Shown: in pieces, positions 24,930 to 32,100 of the stretch
Layout: every line of letters starts with the position of its first letter
How positions within the stretch are numbered: the stretch's first letter is position 1
IMG/VR virus record: IMGVR_UViG_3300030095_005053
Span: 1 to 41,990 of that record
DNA: 41,990 nucleotides
Strand: one strand, 5' to 3'
Source of the DNA: a virus
Taxonomy: Duplodnaviria; Caudoviricetes
Notes under the pieces: generated by a model
What the model was told of the DNA's origin: nothing
The model's input: only the letters and a program-made list of their open reading frames with translations
Database searches by the model: none
Translations under genes and position numbers: made by a program

Positions 24930-25172
24930 ATGACTGACACATACCGCGTGACCGCAGAAGAATTGCGCGCCTTTATCGAGAGGCTTGAACGCCTCGACGC
25001 CGAAAAGCGCGACATTTCCGACCAAGCAAAGGATGTTATGGCCGAGTGCAAAGGCCGGGGCTATGACACCAAAGCCGTGCGCAAGGTGATCGCCCTGCGC
25101 AAGAAAACGCGTGACCAGATCGCCGAGGAAGAGGCTGTAGAGGCCATGTATCGCGAGGCTCTGGGGTTATGA
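24930..25172 (+). CDS. gapR: GapR-like nucleoid-associated protein (DUF2312)
   Basis: ELRAFIERLERLDAEK...KGRGYDTKAVRKVIALRK...YREALG. Confidence 0.9.
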   Translation: MTDTYRVTAEELRAFIERLERLDAEKRDISDQAKDVMAECKGRGYDTKAVRKVIALRKKTRDQIAEEEAVEAMYREALGL

Positions 25173-25342
25173 CAGACACCGAGATCATGGCCATGTATCT
25201 CAGCAAGGAAACCGCAGCCAACACCACGCCCCAAGGGGCAGACGTGCAGGCGATATGCCAAGAGGTTGCGGACCTTGCGGGGCTGGATTGGCGCGATGTT
25301 TGGGCGATTGTGATTGACGAGACAATATTGGGAGCGGGATAG
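25169..25342 (+). CDS. 57-aa hypothetical protein (not in ORF track)
   Basis: MTDTEIMAMY...; ATGA overlap, fills gap exactly. Confidence 0.6.
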   Translation: MTDTEIMAMYLSKETAANTTPQGADVQAICQEVADLAGLDWRDVWAIVIDETILGAG

Positions 25343-25795
25343 GTGGCCAGCCGTGCGCTAAAGACAGACGCAGACCGCGACGGATGGGTGAGGTTCATCC
25401 TTGCCCAATCGTTGCCGCTCACCGTTAGTGCGGTCAAAGGTGCAGATCGAACAGGCGCGCAAAACCGAACAATCGCCATGTGGTATCAGGACGCCGCGCA
25501 CGAAACCGGCGAGGATTTCGAGCGCGTCCGGGCGCAATGCAAGGTCGAGGTTGGCATACCCATCCTACGCCGTGATGATGACGAATTCCGCGCATGGTAT
25601 GACGCCACCTTACGGCCATTGCCGTATGATACCAAGATCGAGATGTTCATTCGCCTGCAAATCCCCGTCACCAGCATCATGACGGTAAAGCAGGCGACGG
25701 AATACATGGACCTAGTGCAGCGGCGGTTTTTGTCGGCGGGGATACCGTTGCGCGACCCCGAGGCACGGAAATATGCGGCGGAGTTTGGAGAATGA
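25343..25795 (+). CDS. NinB-like recombination protein
   Basis: RTGAQNRTIAMWYQD...TSIMTVKQATEYMDLV. Confidence 0.7.
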   Translation: MASRALKTDADRDGWVRFILAQSLPLTVSAVKGADRTGAQNRTIAMWYQDAAHETGEDFERVRAQCKVEVGIPILRRDDDEFRAWYDATLRPLPYDTKIEMFIRLQIPVTSIMTVKQATEYMDLVQRRFLSAGIPLRDPEARKYAAEFGE

Positions 25796-26151
25796 CCAGA
25801 TCAACGCCTGAGTGGATTGGCAAGACAGACGAAACCGCAGCCCCGCCACGCGTCAAGGCGCGCATTGTCTTGGCACAAGAAGGCGTTTGCGCTTGCGGGT
25901 GCGGCATGAAGCTAGGAGCCGCTGGAGAGGGCATAGAGTTTGATCACATCATCGCGCTAATCAACGGTGGCGAAAACCGAGAAGCGAACCTGCGCGCCCT
26001 ACGCCGTCCCTGTCACGCGATCAAGACGCGGGCCGACGTTGCCGAAAAAGCTAAGGTTGCGCGCGTCCGGGCAAAGCACCTTGGCTTAGGCCCCAAAAGG
26101 CGCAAAATGGCATATCGCAAATTCAACGGCGAAATCGTCTGGCCTGATTAA
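25792..26151 (+). CDS. HNH endonuclease
   Basis: CACGCG...FDHIIALINGGENREANLRALRRPCHAIKT. Confidence 0.85.
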   Translation: MTRSTPEWIGKTDETAAPPRVKARIVLAQEGVCACGCGMKLGAAGEGIEFDHIIALINGGENREANLRALRRPCHAIKTRADVAEKAKVARVRAKHLGLGPKRRKMAYRKFNGEIVWPD

Positions 26152-26158
26152 AGCCGTA

Positions 26159-26215
26159 TTGACGGTGCTTTCTTAGTATACTACGATATGAACATTAAAC
26201 ATCTAAGAAAGGCAC
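26159..26215 (+). promoter_or_regulatory. Internal promoter with palindrome and inverted repeat
   Basis: TTGACG-N17-TACGAT; TAGTATACTA 26174-26183; GTGCTTTCTTAG / CTAAGAAAGGCAC. Confidence 0.65.
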
Positions 26216-26218
26216 GTT

Positions 26219-26362
26219 ATGGACGGTAGAAGTCAAATCATTGCGGTGCGGGTTACTCGCCAAGAGCGCGACGAAATCGCAGCCGCTTCTAAGCAGGACA
26301 GCTTGCCGCTTGCGGTCTATGTCCGTCGCGCGGCATTGCTAAAGGCAAGGGGGGAGAAATGA
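26219..26362 (+). CDS. 47-aa ribbon-helix-helix protein (MobC/CopG-like; not in ORF track)
   Basis: MDGRSQIIAVRVTRQERDEIAAASKQDSLPLAVYVRRAALLKARGEK; ATGA overlap. Confidence 0.75.
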   Translation: MDGRSQIIAVRVTRQERDEIAAASKQDSLPLAVYVRRAALLKARGEK

Positions 26363-26595
26363 CGGATATTCCAGACGGCGGGCCAGCGTTTCCTAGTGAA
26401 ATGCTGATAAACAGCACCACCAAAGGAAGCCTGCCATATTCCGGCATGAGCCTGCGTGACTATTTCGCGGCGCAGGCGTTGGCCGGGTTTTGCACAACTA
26501 TGGGCTATGTTGATGAGCCAAATTGGTGGAAAATGTCGCGCGACGCGTATGATGTCGCCGACGCCATGATTGAAGCCCGCAAGGTGCAGCCATGA
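26359..26595 (+). CDS. Common phage hypothetical protein
   Basis: GGPAFP...GMSLRDYFAAQAL...AYDVADAMIEAR. Confidence 0.8.
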   Translation: MTDIPDGGPAFPSEMLINSTTKGSLPYSGMSLRDYFAAQALAGFCTTMGYVDEPNWWKMSRDAYDVADAMIEARKVQP

Positions 26596-26669
26596 CCGGC
26601 CCCGCAATAATTCTTCTAGGCTTCACCCTATCCGCTATTCTGGCGGTGATCGTAGCAGGGGGCGTGTGA
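26592..26669 (+). CDS. 25-aa hydrophobic peptide
   Basis: MTGPAIILLGFTLSAILAVIVAGGV; ATGA overlap. Confidence 0.4.
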   Translation: MTGPAIILLGFTLSAILAVIVAGGV

Positions 26670-26721
26670 TGCGCGCCGCCGCAACCCAACGGACAACCGC
26701 AGCCACAGCGAGGGCGAGAGC

Positions 26722-26916
26722 ATGAGCGACGATATGATGCCGTGTGAGATTTGTGGCCCTGAGAACAAGTGCAAATGCGGCCTGTGCCAGTGTGCGTCAT
26801 GCGTGCCTGACTCTGCGTATCTAGTGCAAAACGGCGGTGTGGTTGACCTCGTGGCGACACGCGAGGAAGCGGCCAAGGCGCGGTTGCTATGGCAGCTTAG
26901 GGTATTTGGCCAATGA
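26722..26916 (+). CDS. Cys-rich hypothetical protein
   Basis: CEICG...CKCGLCQCASC. Confidence 0.55.
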   Translation: MSDDMMPCEICGPENKCKCGLCQCASCVPDSAYLVQNGGVVDLVATREEAAKARLLWQLRVFGQ

Positions 26917-26982
26917 CCCACCACCCCGTTACCGCCGCTCCCCACGGGGGGCAGGCCAGCACAACACACAGGAGATAGACAC

Positions 26983-27390
26983 ATGGGAATGATTTGCAGC
27001 GCAATCCAAGGCATCGACGCAGCGCGCTTTACCGCACTCACGCGTGGAAAAGTTCACAAAGCGGAAAGCATTATGCTTTTGGACCGAGGCGGAGACGCCA
27101 CCAAAAAGACAACGGCCTTGGTCAAGCTTGATGACGGCCAGTTTAGCGTCATTGGCGCGCACCACACGCCCAACGGAAAGTGGGCTGTCAGCGGTTATGG
27201 CTCCGACTTGCAGGGCCAAGCGGTGTTGCGCGCTATGGTCCGCATGGGCGCGATTTCCGAGGCTGATATGGCTGCCCACGTTGCCAGCGAAATGGCGCGG
27301 CGGGCAAGGCAGGAACGCAAATTCAACATTCAGCACCTTGAGCGGCTTTGCGCCGATCTTGGAATTCCGGTTCCGGCGGTCCCTGAATGA
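26983..27390 (+). CDS. Hypothetical protein
   Basis: AGGAG RBS. Confidence 0.65.
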   Translation: MGMICSAIQGIDAARFTALTRGKVHKAESIMLLDRGGDATKKTTALVKLDDGQFSVIGAHHTPNGKWAVSGYGSDLQGQAVLRAMVRMGAISEADMAAHVASEMARRARQERKFNIQHLERLCADLGIPVPAVPE

Positions 27391-27469
27391 CGGTCGGCGG
27401 GCAGGCCAGCACCGCGCCATCATTCACGGACGCACGCGCGGTGCTGGCCGATAACAGAGAGGATGCAAG

Positions 27470-28015
27470 ATGACTGACACGACCGACAAGCGCTTGGCGT
27501 TCCCCCGCGAAATCTGGATGGGTGATCGCTACGAACACGATCAAGGCATGCTGCATGTCCGCGCTGCACAGGACGAGGACCACGATCACCGCTATGTCGA
27601 TGCTGACATTCTGGACAGCGCCGAGAAATACTGGCGCACCCGCGCCGAAGCCGCAGAGGCCGAGCGTGACGCGCTACAGGCCAAGCTGGCGGTGGCGGTG
27701 GAGGGGCTGCGAGACACGCTTGGAATGCTGGACGACCCAACGGGCGGAGAGCATGTCAGAGATATGCGCGGGGCATCACAGATCATCCGCCACACCCTTT
27801 CTAAGATCACCCTCACCGCAGACACGCCCACCCCAGACCCCCGTATAGAGGGCTGGAACGCAGCGATTGAGGCGGCGGCAAAGTTGCTGCGGCATTATGC
27901 TGTCGAGAAGGGAAACACCAAAACAGGGAACGGGCGCACGGCAATCTTCTATGCAAGGAAAGTTGAGGCCATCCCCTGCCCCTACCAACCCAAGGAGGGC
28001 AAAGACGATGAGTGA
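27470..28015 (+). CDS. Hypothetical protein, partly paralogous to 14368-14658
   Basis: Shared nucleotide blocks; GWNAAIEAAA. Confidence 0.65.
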   Translation: MTDTTDKRLAFPREIWMGDRYEHDQGMLHVRAAQDEDHDHRYVDADILDSAEKYWRTRAEAAEAERDALQAKLAVAVEGLRDTLGMLDDPTGGEHVRDMRGASQIIRHTLSKITLTADTPTPDPRIEGWNAAIEAAAKLLRHYAVEKGNTKTGNGRTAIFYARKVEAIPCPYQPKEGKDDE

Positions 28016-28265
28016 ACACACCAAACACTACGACATGGAAGCCGCGTCTATTCGTTCGCAGGTCGAGCAAGAGTTATCCGATTTTGCCTTGGTCGCATTG
28101 CTCGGTTTAAAGCCATACCGTGACGGCAATATGTGGTGCTTCTTATGGGGCGAAAACTTGGCAGAAGGTGTTGCGGGCTTTGGCGCGACAGTAAGGGCCG
28201 CTGCGGCTGACTTTCAGCGTGCGTGCCACATGCCCATCACAGAAAAGGACGCCAGTCATGGATGA
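28008..28265 (+). CDS. Hypothetical protein
   Basis: DGNMWCFLWGENLAEGVAGFG; AAGGAGG RBS. Confidence 0.7.
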   Translation: MSEHTKHYDMEAASIRSQVEQELSDFALVALLGLKPYRDGNMWCFLWGENLAEGVAGFGATVRAAAADFQRACHMPITEKDASHG

Positions 28266-28824
28266 TATTCTAAAACGCCTTGAAGCGCGTGACATTGCAG
28301 CGTGGGATGATGCCTATTCATGCCGCGCGCGGGGGGCAGAAGCCGCCGCCCGCATCCGCGAACTGGAGGCCGAGGTTGCCGCGCTACGTGAGGCAAGGGG
28401 CGTGAGGGTGAGGGTGAAGGCGCTGGTGTGGGAAGCGTTTGGCACCATGGCATTCGTTGCGCAAGCCCCGCTTTTTGGCCGGTTGCGCGTTGAGCAGTTC
28501 GGGCGCGGGAACACATGGACCGTGTGCTTTTCTGTGCCGGGATATTGCGACACGTTCCTGTCAGGTGAATGGGCAGACGCAGACGCCGCCAAAGCCGCCG
28601 CCCAAGCCGACTACGAGCGCCGCATCCTCGCCGCCCTTGAACCGGCCCCCGTGACGGTGGGTGAGGCGGCAATGGTGTTGCTGGCAGACGAACAAGAGAT
28701 GTTGGATTTGGCGATCACAACCATGCGCAACAACCGCCTAATCAACGGCAAGCGCATCGGATACCTGCCCGCGTTGACCGAAGCCCTCCGCGCCCTAGCG
28801 GATGCAGGGGAGGCAGGGGAATGA
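28258..28824 (+). CDS. Hypothetical phage protein
   Basis: VKALVWE...AAKAAAQADYERRILAALE. Confidence 0.7.
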   Translation: MDDILKRLEARDIAAWDDAYSCRARGAEAAARIRELEAEVAALREARGVRVRVKALVWEAFGTMAFVAQAPLFGRLRVEQFGRGNTWTVCFSVPGYCDTFLSGEWADADAAKAAAQADYERRILAALEPAPVTVGEAAMVLLADEQEMLDLAITTMRNNRLINGKRIGYLPALTEALRALADAGEAGE

Positions 28825-29000
28825 GGTTTGGCTTGCCGCATGATGGGAAATGGCACATCTGGTTTGCGTGGCATCCTGTCAAGTGCGAAGCGACCGGAGA
28901 AACCGTTTGGCTGGAGAATGTAGAACGTAAGTTTTACCCGGTTTTGAATGGTAGATATGTGCATGTAAAATATCGCCTGCCTACCACCCCCGGCGGCTGA
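28821..29000 (+). CDS. 59-aa Trp-rich protein (not in ORF track)
   Basis: WHIWFAWHPVKC...VWLENVERK; ATGA overlap. Confidence 0.6.
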   Translation: MRFGLPHDGKWHIWFAWHPVKCEATGETVWLENVERKFYPVLNGRYVHVKYRLPTTPGG

Positions 29001-29009
29001 CCCATGCCT

Positions 29010-29822
29010 TTATAGCGCAACTCCAGACTTGGCCGCTAGGTATGCCTCTGCGTTTGATGTTTGCACGGCAGTTGACGCAGCCCCGCGAACTATTAGCCCG
29101 TAGATGTTGCCGTCGAGGTAAAGGCTTGCAGCGTTATTGCGCGCACCGATATTCATGGCGTAATTACCAAAGTTTCCAGCGCCCTTGTCCCCGGTTGCCT
29201 CGTTTACCTGCGCGCCGTCAATCCTGAGAACTGAACTATCTCCGGAAATGTCATGCAGAGAAGATATAACGGCAAGCGCGGGCTGGTCGCTCCCAGAGAT
29301 AGATATTTGGTTTGCGCTTAGCGTAGCGTTTCCTCTTGCGACACCCGCGTAATCGGCTGCACCAGAATTTGAATTGACCGTAACGGCGAAACTTCCCGCG
29401 TTAGTCGTCCAAGCTGCGGATAATTCAACGACAACGCCAGCAACCGTATCGGAGTTTTTCTCCATTGCCACAAACACGCCCATTTCATCGTTTGCTGAAA
29501 AGTCGATAGCGCCGGTAGTCATCCCATCGTCGGTGCCGTCAAAGTCAAGCCAATGGATATTGCCGTCGGTTTGATAGGCAGGGCGCGATGCCTCTGTCGC
29601 CTGTGTCGCGTGATTGTCATTGCCTGACTTGTCGTCAATCCGGGCAACAAGCTGACCGGCTGTAGTAACCGGAACTGTGCCTGCGGTGTCTTGCCAAAGC
29701 GTGCTTAGATCGGACGGGTCATACCATGCGCCTTGCTCACCGAGCGCAAACAATCCAGCAGGGCTTGAAGGCCCGCTTGGCTCATGGCTGTTTAGCCCTA
29801 GCCCTAATCCAAGTCCCGGCAT
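29010..29822 (-). CDS. LamG/ConA-like beta-sandwich virion protein
   Basis: AWYDPSDLSTLWQD...DKSGNDNHATQ...FDGTDD...NIGAR. Confidence 0.7.
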   Translation of the reverse strand: MPGLGLGLGLNSHEPSGPSSPAGLFALGEQGAWYDPSDLSTLWQDTAGTVPVTTAGQLVARIDDKSGNDNHATQATEASRPAYQTDGNIHWLDFDGTDDGMTTGAIDFSANDEMGVFVAMEKNSDTVAGVVVELSAAWTTNAGSFAVTVNSNSGAADYAGVARGNATLSANQISISGSDQPALAVISSLHDISGDSSVLRIDGAQVNEATGDKGAGNFGNYAMNIGARNNAASLYLDGNIYGLIVRGAASTAVQTSNAEAYLAAKSGVAL

Positions 29823-30019
29823 TAGTGATACCTCTCATAGCTGCGCAGACAATGCCAGAAACCGATGCAAAAGGCTATAGGCCACAACTCTAACTCTATG
29901 ACCCTGCTGCAAATGGATTGCGCTTTAGCGCGCGGGAATAGGCGGCTATGGATCATGACCGAGTGGCCTCTATCGCTTGCGTCGAAGTCGATGCCTAGCC
30001 TCTCCAGCAAGTCCAGCAT
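29822..30019 (-). CDS. Small hypothetical protein
   Basis: MLDLLERLG..., TAATG overlap with next gene. Confidence 0.5.
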   Translation of the reverse strand: MLDLLERLGIDFDASDRGHSVMIHSRLFPRAKAQSICSRVIELELWPIAFCIGFWHCLRSYERYH

Positions 30020-30020
30020 G

Positions 30021-30221
30021 TCACCACCCCGCAAGCGCCCCAAGGCGGGCTAGAAGCGTCAACCCGGTTTCCCGTGCCTCTGCCATGTCGTCACCAGCAA
30101 GCGCGCGTGCATGGGCCGCTGCATCCGGTCTGAGGCGGTCAATCGCTCCCCCACTGTTCCCCGAGGTCACGCAACCGCTTGCGCCGCTCAGTATCAGAAG
30201 CCCCAATGCCAATTTCCGCAT
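30021..30221 (-). CDS. o-spanin (Rz1-like lipoprotein)
   Basis: MRKLALGLLILSGASG-C lipobox-like; overlaps i-spanin 3' end. Confidence 0.7.
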   Translation of the reverse strand: MRKLALGLLILSGASGCVTSGNSGGAIDRLRPDAAAHARALAGDDMAEARETGLTLLARLGALAGW

Positions 30222-30381
30222 CGTTGATCCTCTCATGTGCAGCCCTTTCCGCTTTCATGTCCTTGCGCTCTGCGTCCAGCTTGCCTTTGGATTTACCGCT
30301 AAAGTATGTCACCACTATGACCGCCAGACCGCCTAGCGCGGCACCTACAGGGCCAAGGATCAAGTCAATAAGCCAAGTCAT
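30139..30381 (-). CDS. i-spanin (Rz-like)
   Basis: N-terminal TM plus coiled coil, downstream of endolysin. Confidence 0.7.
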   Translation of the reverse strand: MTWLIDLILGPVGAALGGLAVIVVTYFSGKSKGKLDAERKDMKAERAAHERINDAEIGIGASDTERRKRLRDLGEQWGSD

Positions 30382-30560
30382 CCGAATGCCCCTTCAAAGC
30401 ACTCTGCGTCCGTCTCCAGAAACCCCGCGTCCCACCACATGCGCCGGATTGAATTGCGCAGCAACAGGCATTGCTCTTGGGTATCTATCGGGCGCACAAT
30501 CCATCCCCTGCAATCATCTGGGCCGTTGAGGCAGACCATGATTGCAAGGGTCCACATCAT
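30378..30560 (-). CDS. Small Cys-containing hypothetical protein in lysis cassette
   Basis: ATGA overlaps at both ends. Confidence 0.55.
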   Translation of the reverse strand: MMWTLAIMVCLNGPDDCRGWIVRPIDTQEQCLLLRNSIRRMWWDAGFLETDAECFEGAFG

Positions 30561-31189
30561 TTGAAGCGCCGCCAGATCACGTATCCGACCAGCACCGCCG
30601 CGATAACGACCGCGACAAGCTGAGCCGTGGGGGCCAGTTTGCCGAGAACACCAGACACGGCGGGCATGGCGTCAATCGCCACAGCGACCGCACCAGCGCC
30701 ACCAGCGCCGACCGCAGCGCCCGCTTGCTTATCCTCTGTCACCTTTTCAGGGACACGGGGCGGCTCGACGGGAAGGCGCGTTTCCGTCTTGGGCCAAGGT
30801 TTTCCCCAGACGCGCGCGGGGCCTGTGTCAATGTGCATGAAGCCGTTTTTTATGTAGTATCCGAAGCCGGTAAACCCGACCGCGCGCGCCGCCGCCTCGA
30901 ACTCATGCGGGTCTTGGTTTTCCATGCGAACATCAAACGCGACGCCGCGCATGTGATAGCTGTTTTTCGCGCCACCCACGGCCTTGTTGTGCGCGGGGCT
31001 GCGGTAGGCCGAGGTAATCAGCATGGGCTTCCCAAGCCGGTCCCTGAGCGCCTGTAGCTTGTCCATGGCGTTCGTATCCAGCGCCAAGGCACCTTCGCGC
31101 TTGGACGCCATTTCGCGGGGGCTAAAGCTGGTCCATGGCCATTCGCTTGCTGGCCATTTGCTGTAGTGCGGGTAAGATTTCAGGGTCAC
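30557..31189 (-). CDS. Endolysin, peptidase M15 family, with C-terminal hydrophobic helices
   Basis: ITSAYRSPAHNKAVGGAKNSYHMRGVAFD...FMHIDTG. Confidence 0.9.
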   Translation of the reverse strand: MTLKSYPHYSKWPASEWPWTSFSPREMASKREGALALDTNAMDKLQALRDRLGKPMLITSAYRSPAHNKAVGGAKNSYHMRGVAFDVRMENQDPHEFEAAARAVGFTGFGYYIKNGFMHIDTGPARVWGKPWPKTETRLPVEPPRVPEKVTEDKQAGAAVGAGGAGAVAVAIDAMPAVSGVLGKLAPTAQLVAVVIAAVLVGYVIWRRFK

Positions 31190-31395
31190 TTCTTGCGCTC
31201 CTCAATAATAGTCATCATGCGCACAAGCGTATCACGTATCCATTGAAGTTGCACATGAATGTCTTGGGGCACTGGCCCCGGCGGGGGCGTCCGTTGATTT
31301 TTCCAGAGAAAGTAGATGATGAAACCAAGCGCCGCACCTGGCACGCCGTAGATCGTCAAAATCTCTTGGGCGAAGGCCCCTGCTACTGCGTCCAT
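31186..31395 (-). CDS. Single-TM protein, holin/antiholin candidate
   Basis: MDAVAGAF...ALGFIIYFLW, adjacent to endolysin. Confidence 0.55.
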   Translation of the reverse strand: MDAVAGAFAQEILTIYGVPGAALGFIIYFLWKNQRTPPPGPVPQDIHVQLQWIRDTLVRMMTIIEERKK

Positions 31396-31823
31396 TCCGA
31401 TATTGCCCCGGCTGTCATTATCATGTGCATAGTCAGGAAAAAGACCGAGGCATAAAGCCCAACGCCTAAATCCCCACCCGTGAAAAAGGCCGAGGCCGAA
31501 AGTCCAACATGTTGCATGCAATGCAACAACCCGCCGATAGTAACCATTTTGCGATGAATAGGATTGATCAGGCCGATCAGGGTCAAGGTTGCCGCGCCCA
31601 TGTTCAGCATCGCCCAGAATTCCGCACTGAGGTTATAGGCAAAGCTGCCCCATGTGCTTTCGTGAAACGATCCCGAGCCGTGCGCCGCGTCAATCCAGTA
31701 AATGCACCCGATGATAAATAGCAGCCCCTGCATGACCATGAACATAGGCGCATACCGTTCCAAGCTGTGCGGGCCGATTATCGCGTCAATCTTCTGCATG
31801 GCTTCCTCTGCTAATTCTGACAT
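31383..31823 (-). CDS. Multi-pass membrane protein
   Basis: About 4 hydrophobic segments. Confidence 0.65.
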   Translation of the reverse strand: MSELAEEAMQKIDAIIGPHSLERYAPMFMVMQGLLFIIGCIYWIDAAHGSGSFHESTWGSFAYNLSAEFWAMLNMGAATLTLIGLINPIHRKMVTIGGLLHCMQHVGLSASAFFTGGDLGVGLYASVFFLTMHMIMTAGAISEWTQ

Positions 31824-32100
31824 ACTCTAGCACAAACGCTGCCACAGGCAAAGCGGGCCACCACCAGATATTGAGCGGCCAAGTCACGGCACCGACGATC
31901 CAATACACCGCGTCAATCCGCATATCCGCCATTGTCGCGCCGCGCCGCTTGAATTGCCAGACCTCCCAAGCAAGGATGCCAGCCAGCGCCACAGGGATAG
32001 GCAGGAACGCCGATAGCGCCGCACCGGCCACCATATGCCCCGTCTGGTTTAGCCCGCCCTCATAGGGCCTGCCTGCGAAGTCGTCGGGGCTGAATATCAT
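31786..32100 (-). CDS. Membrane protein
   Basis: NQTGHMVAG...WEVWQ...D; hydrophobic. Confidence 0.6.
   Translation of the reverse strand: MIFSPDDFAGRPYEGGLNQTGHMVAGAALSAFLPIPVALAGILAWEVWQFKRRGATMADMRIDAVYWIVGAVTWPLNIWWWPALPVAAFVLEYVRISRGSHAED

Noticed and set aside
14388-27827. Diversity-generating retroelement TR/VR pair
   Set aside because: No reverse transcriptase; repeats are short and lack adenine-specific mismatches.
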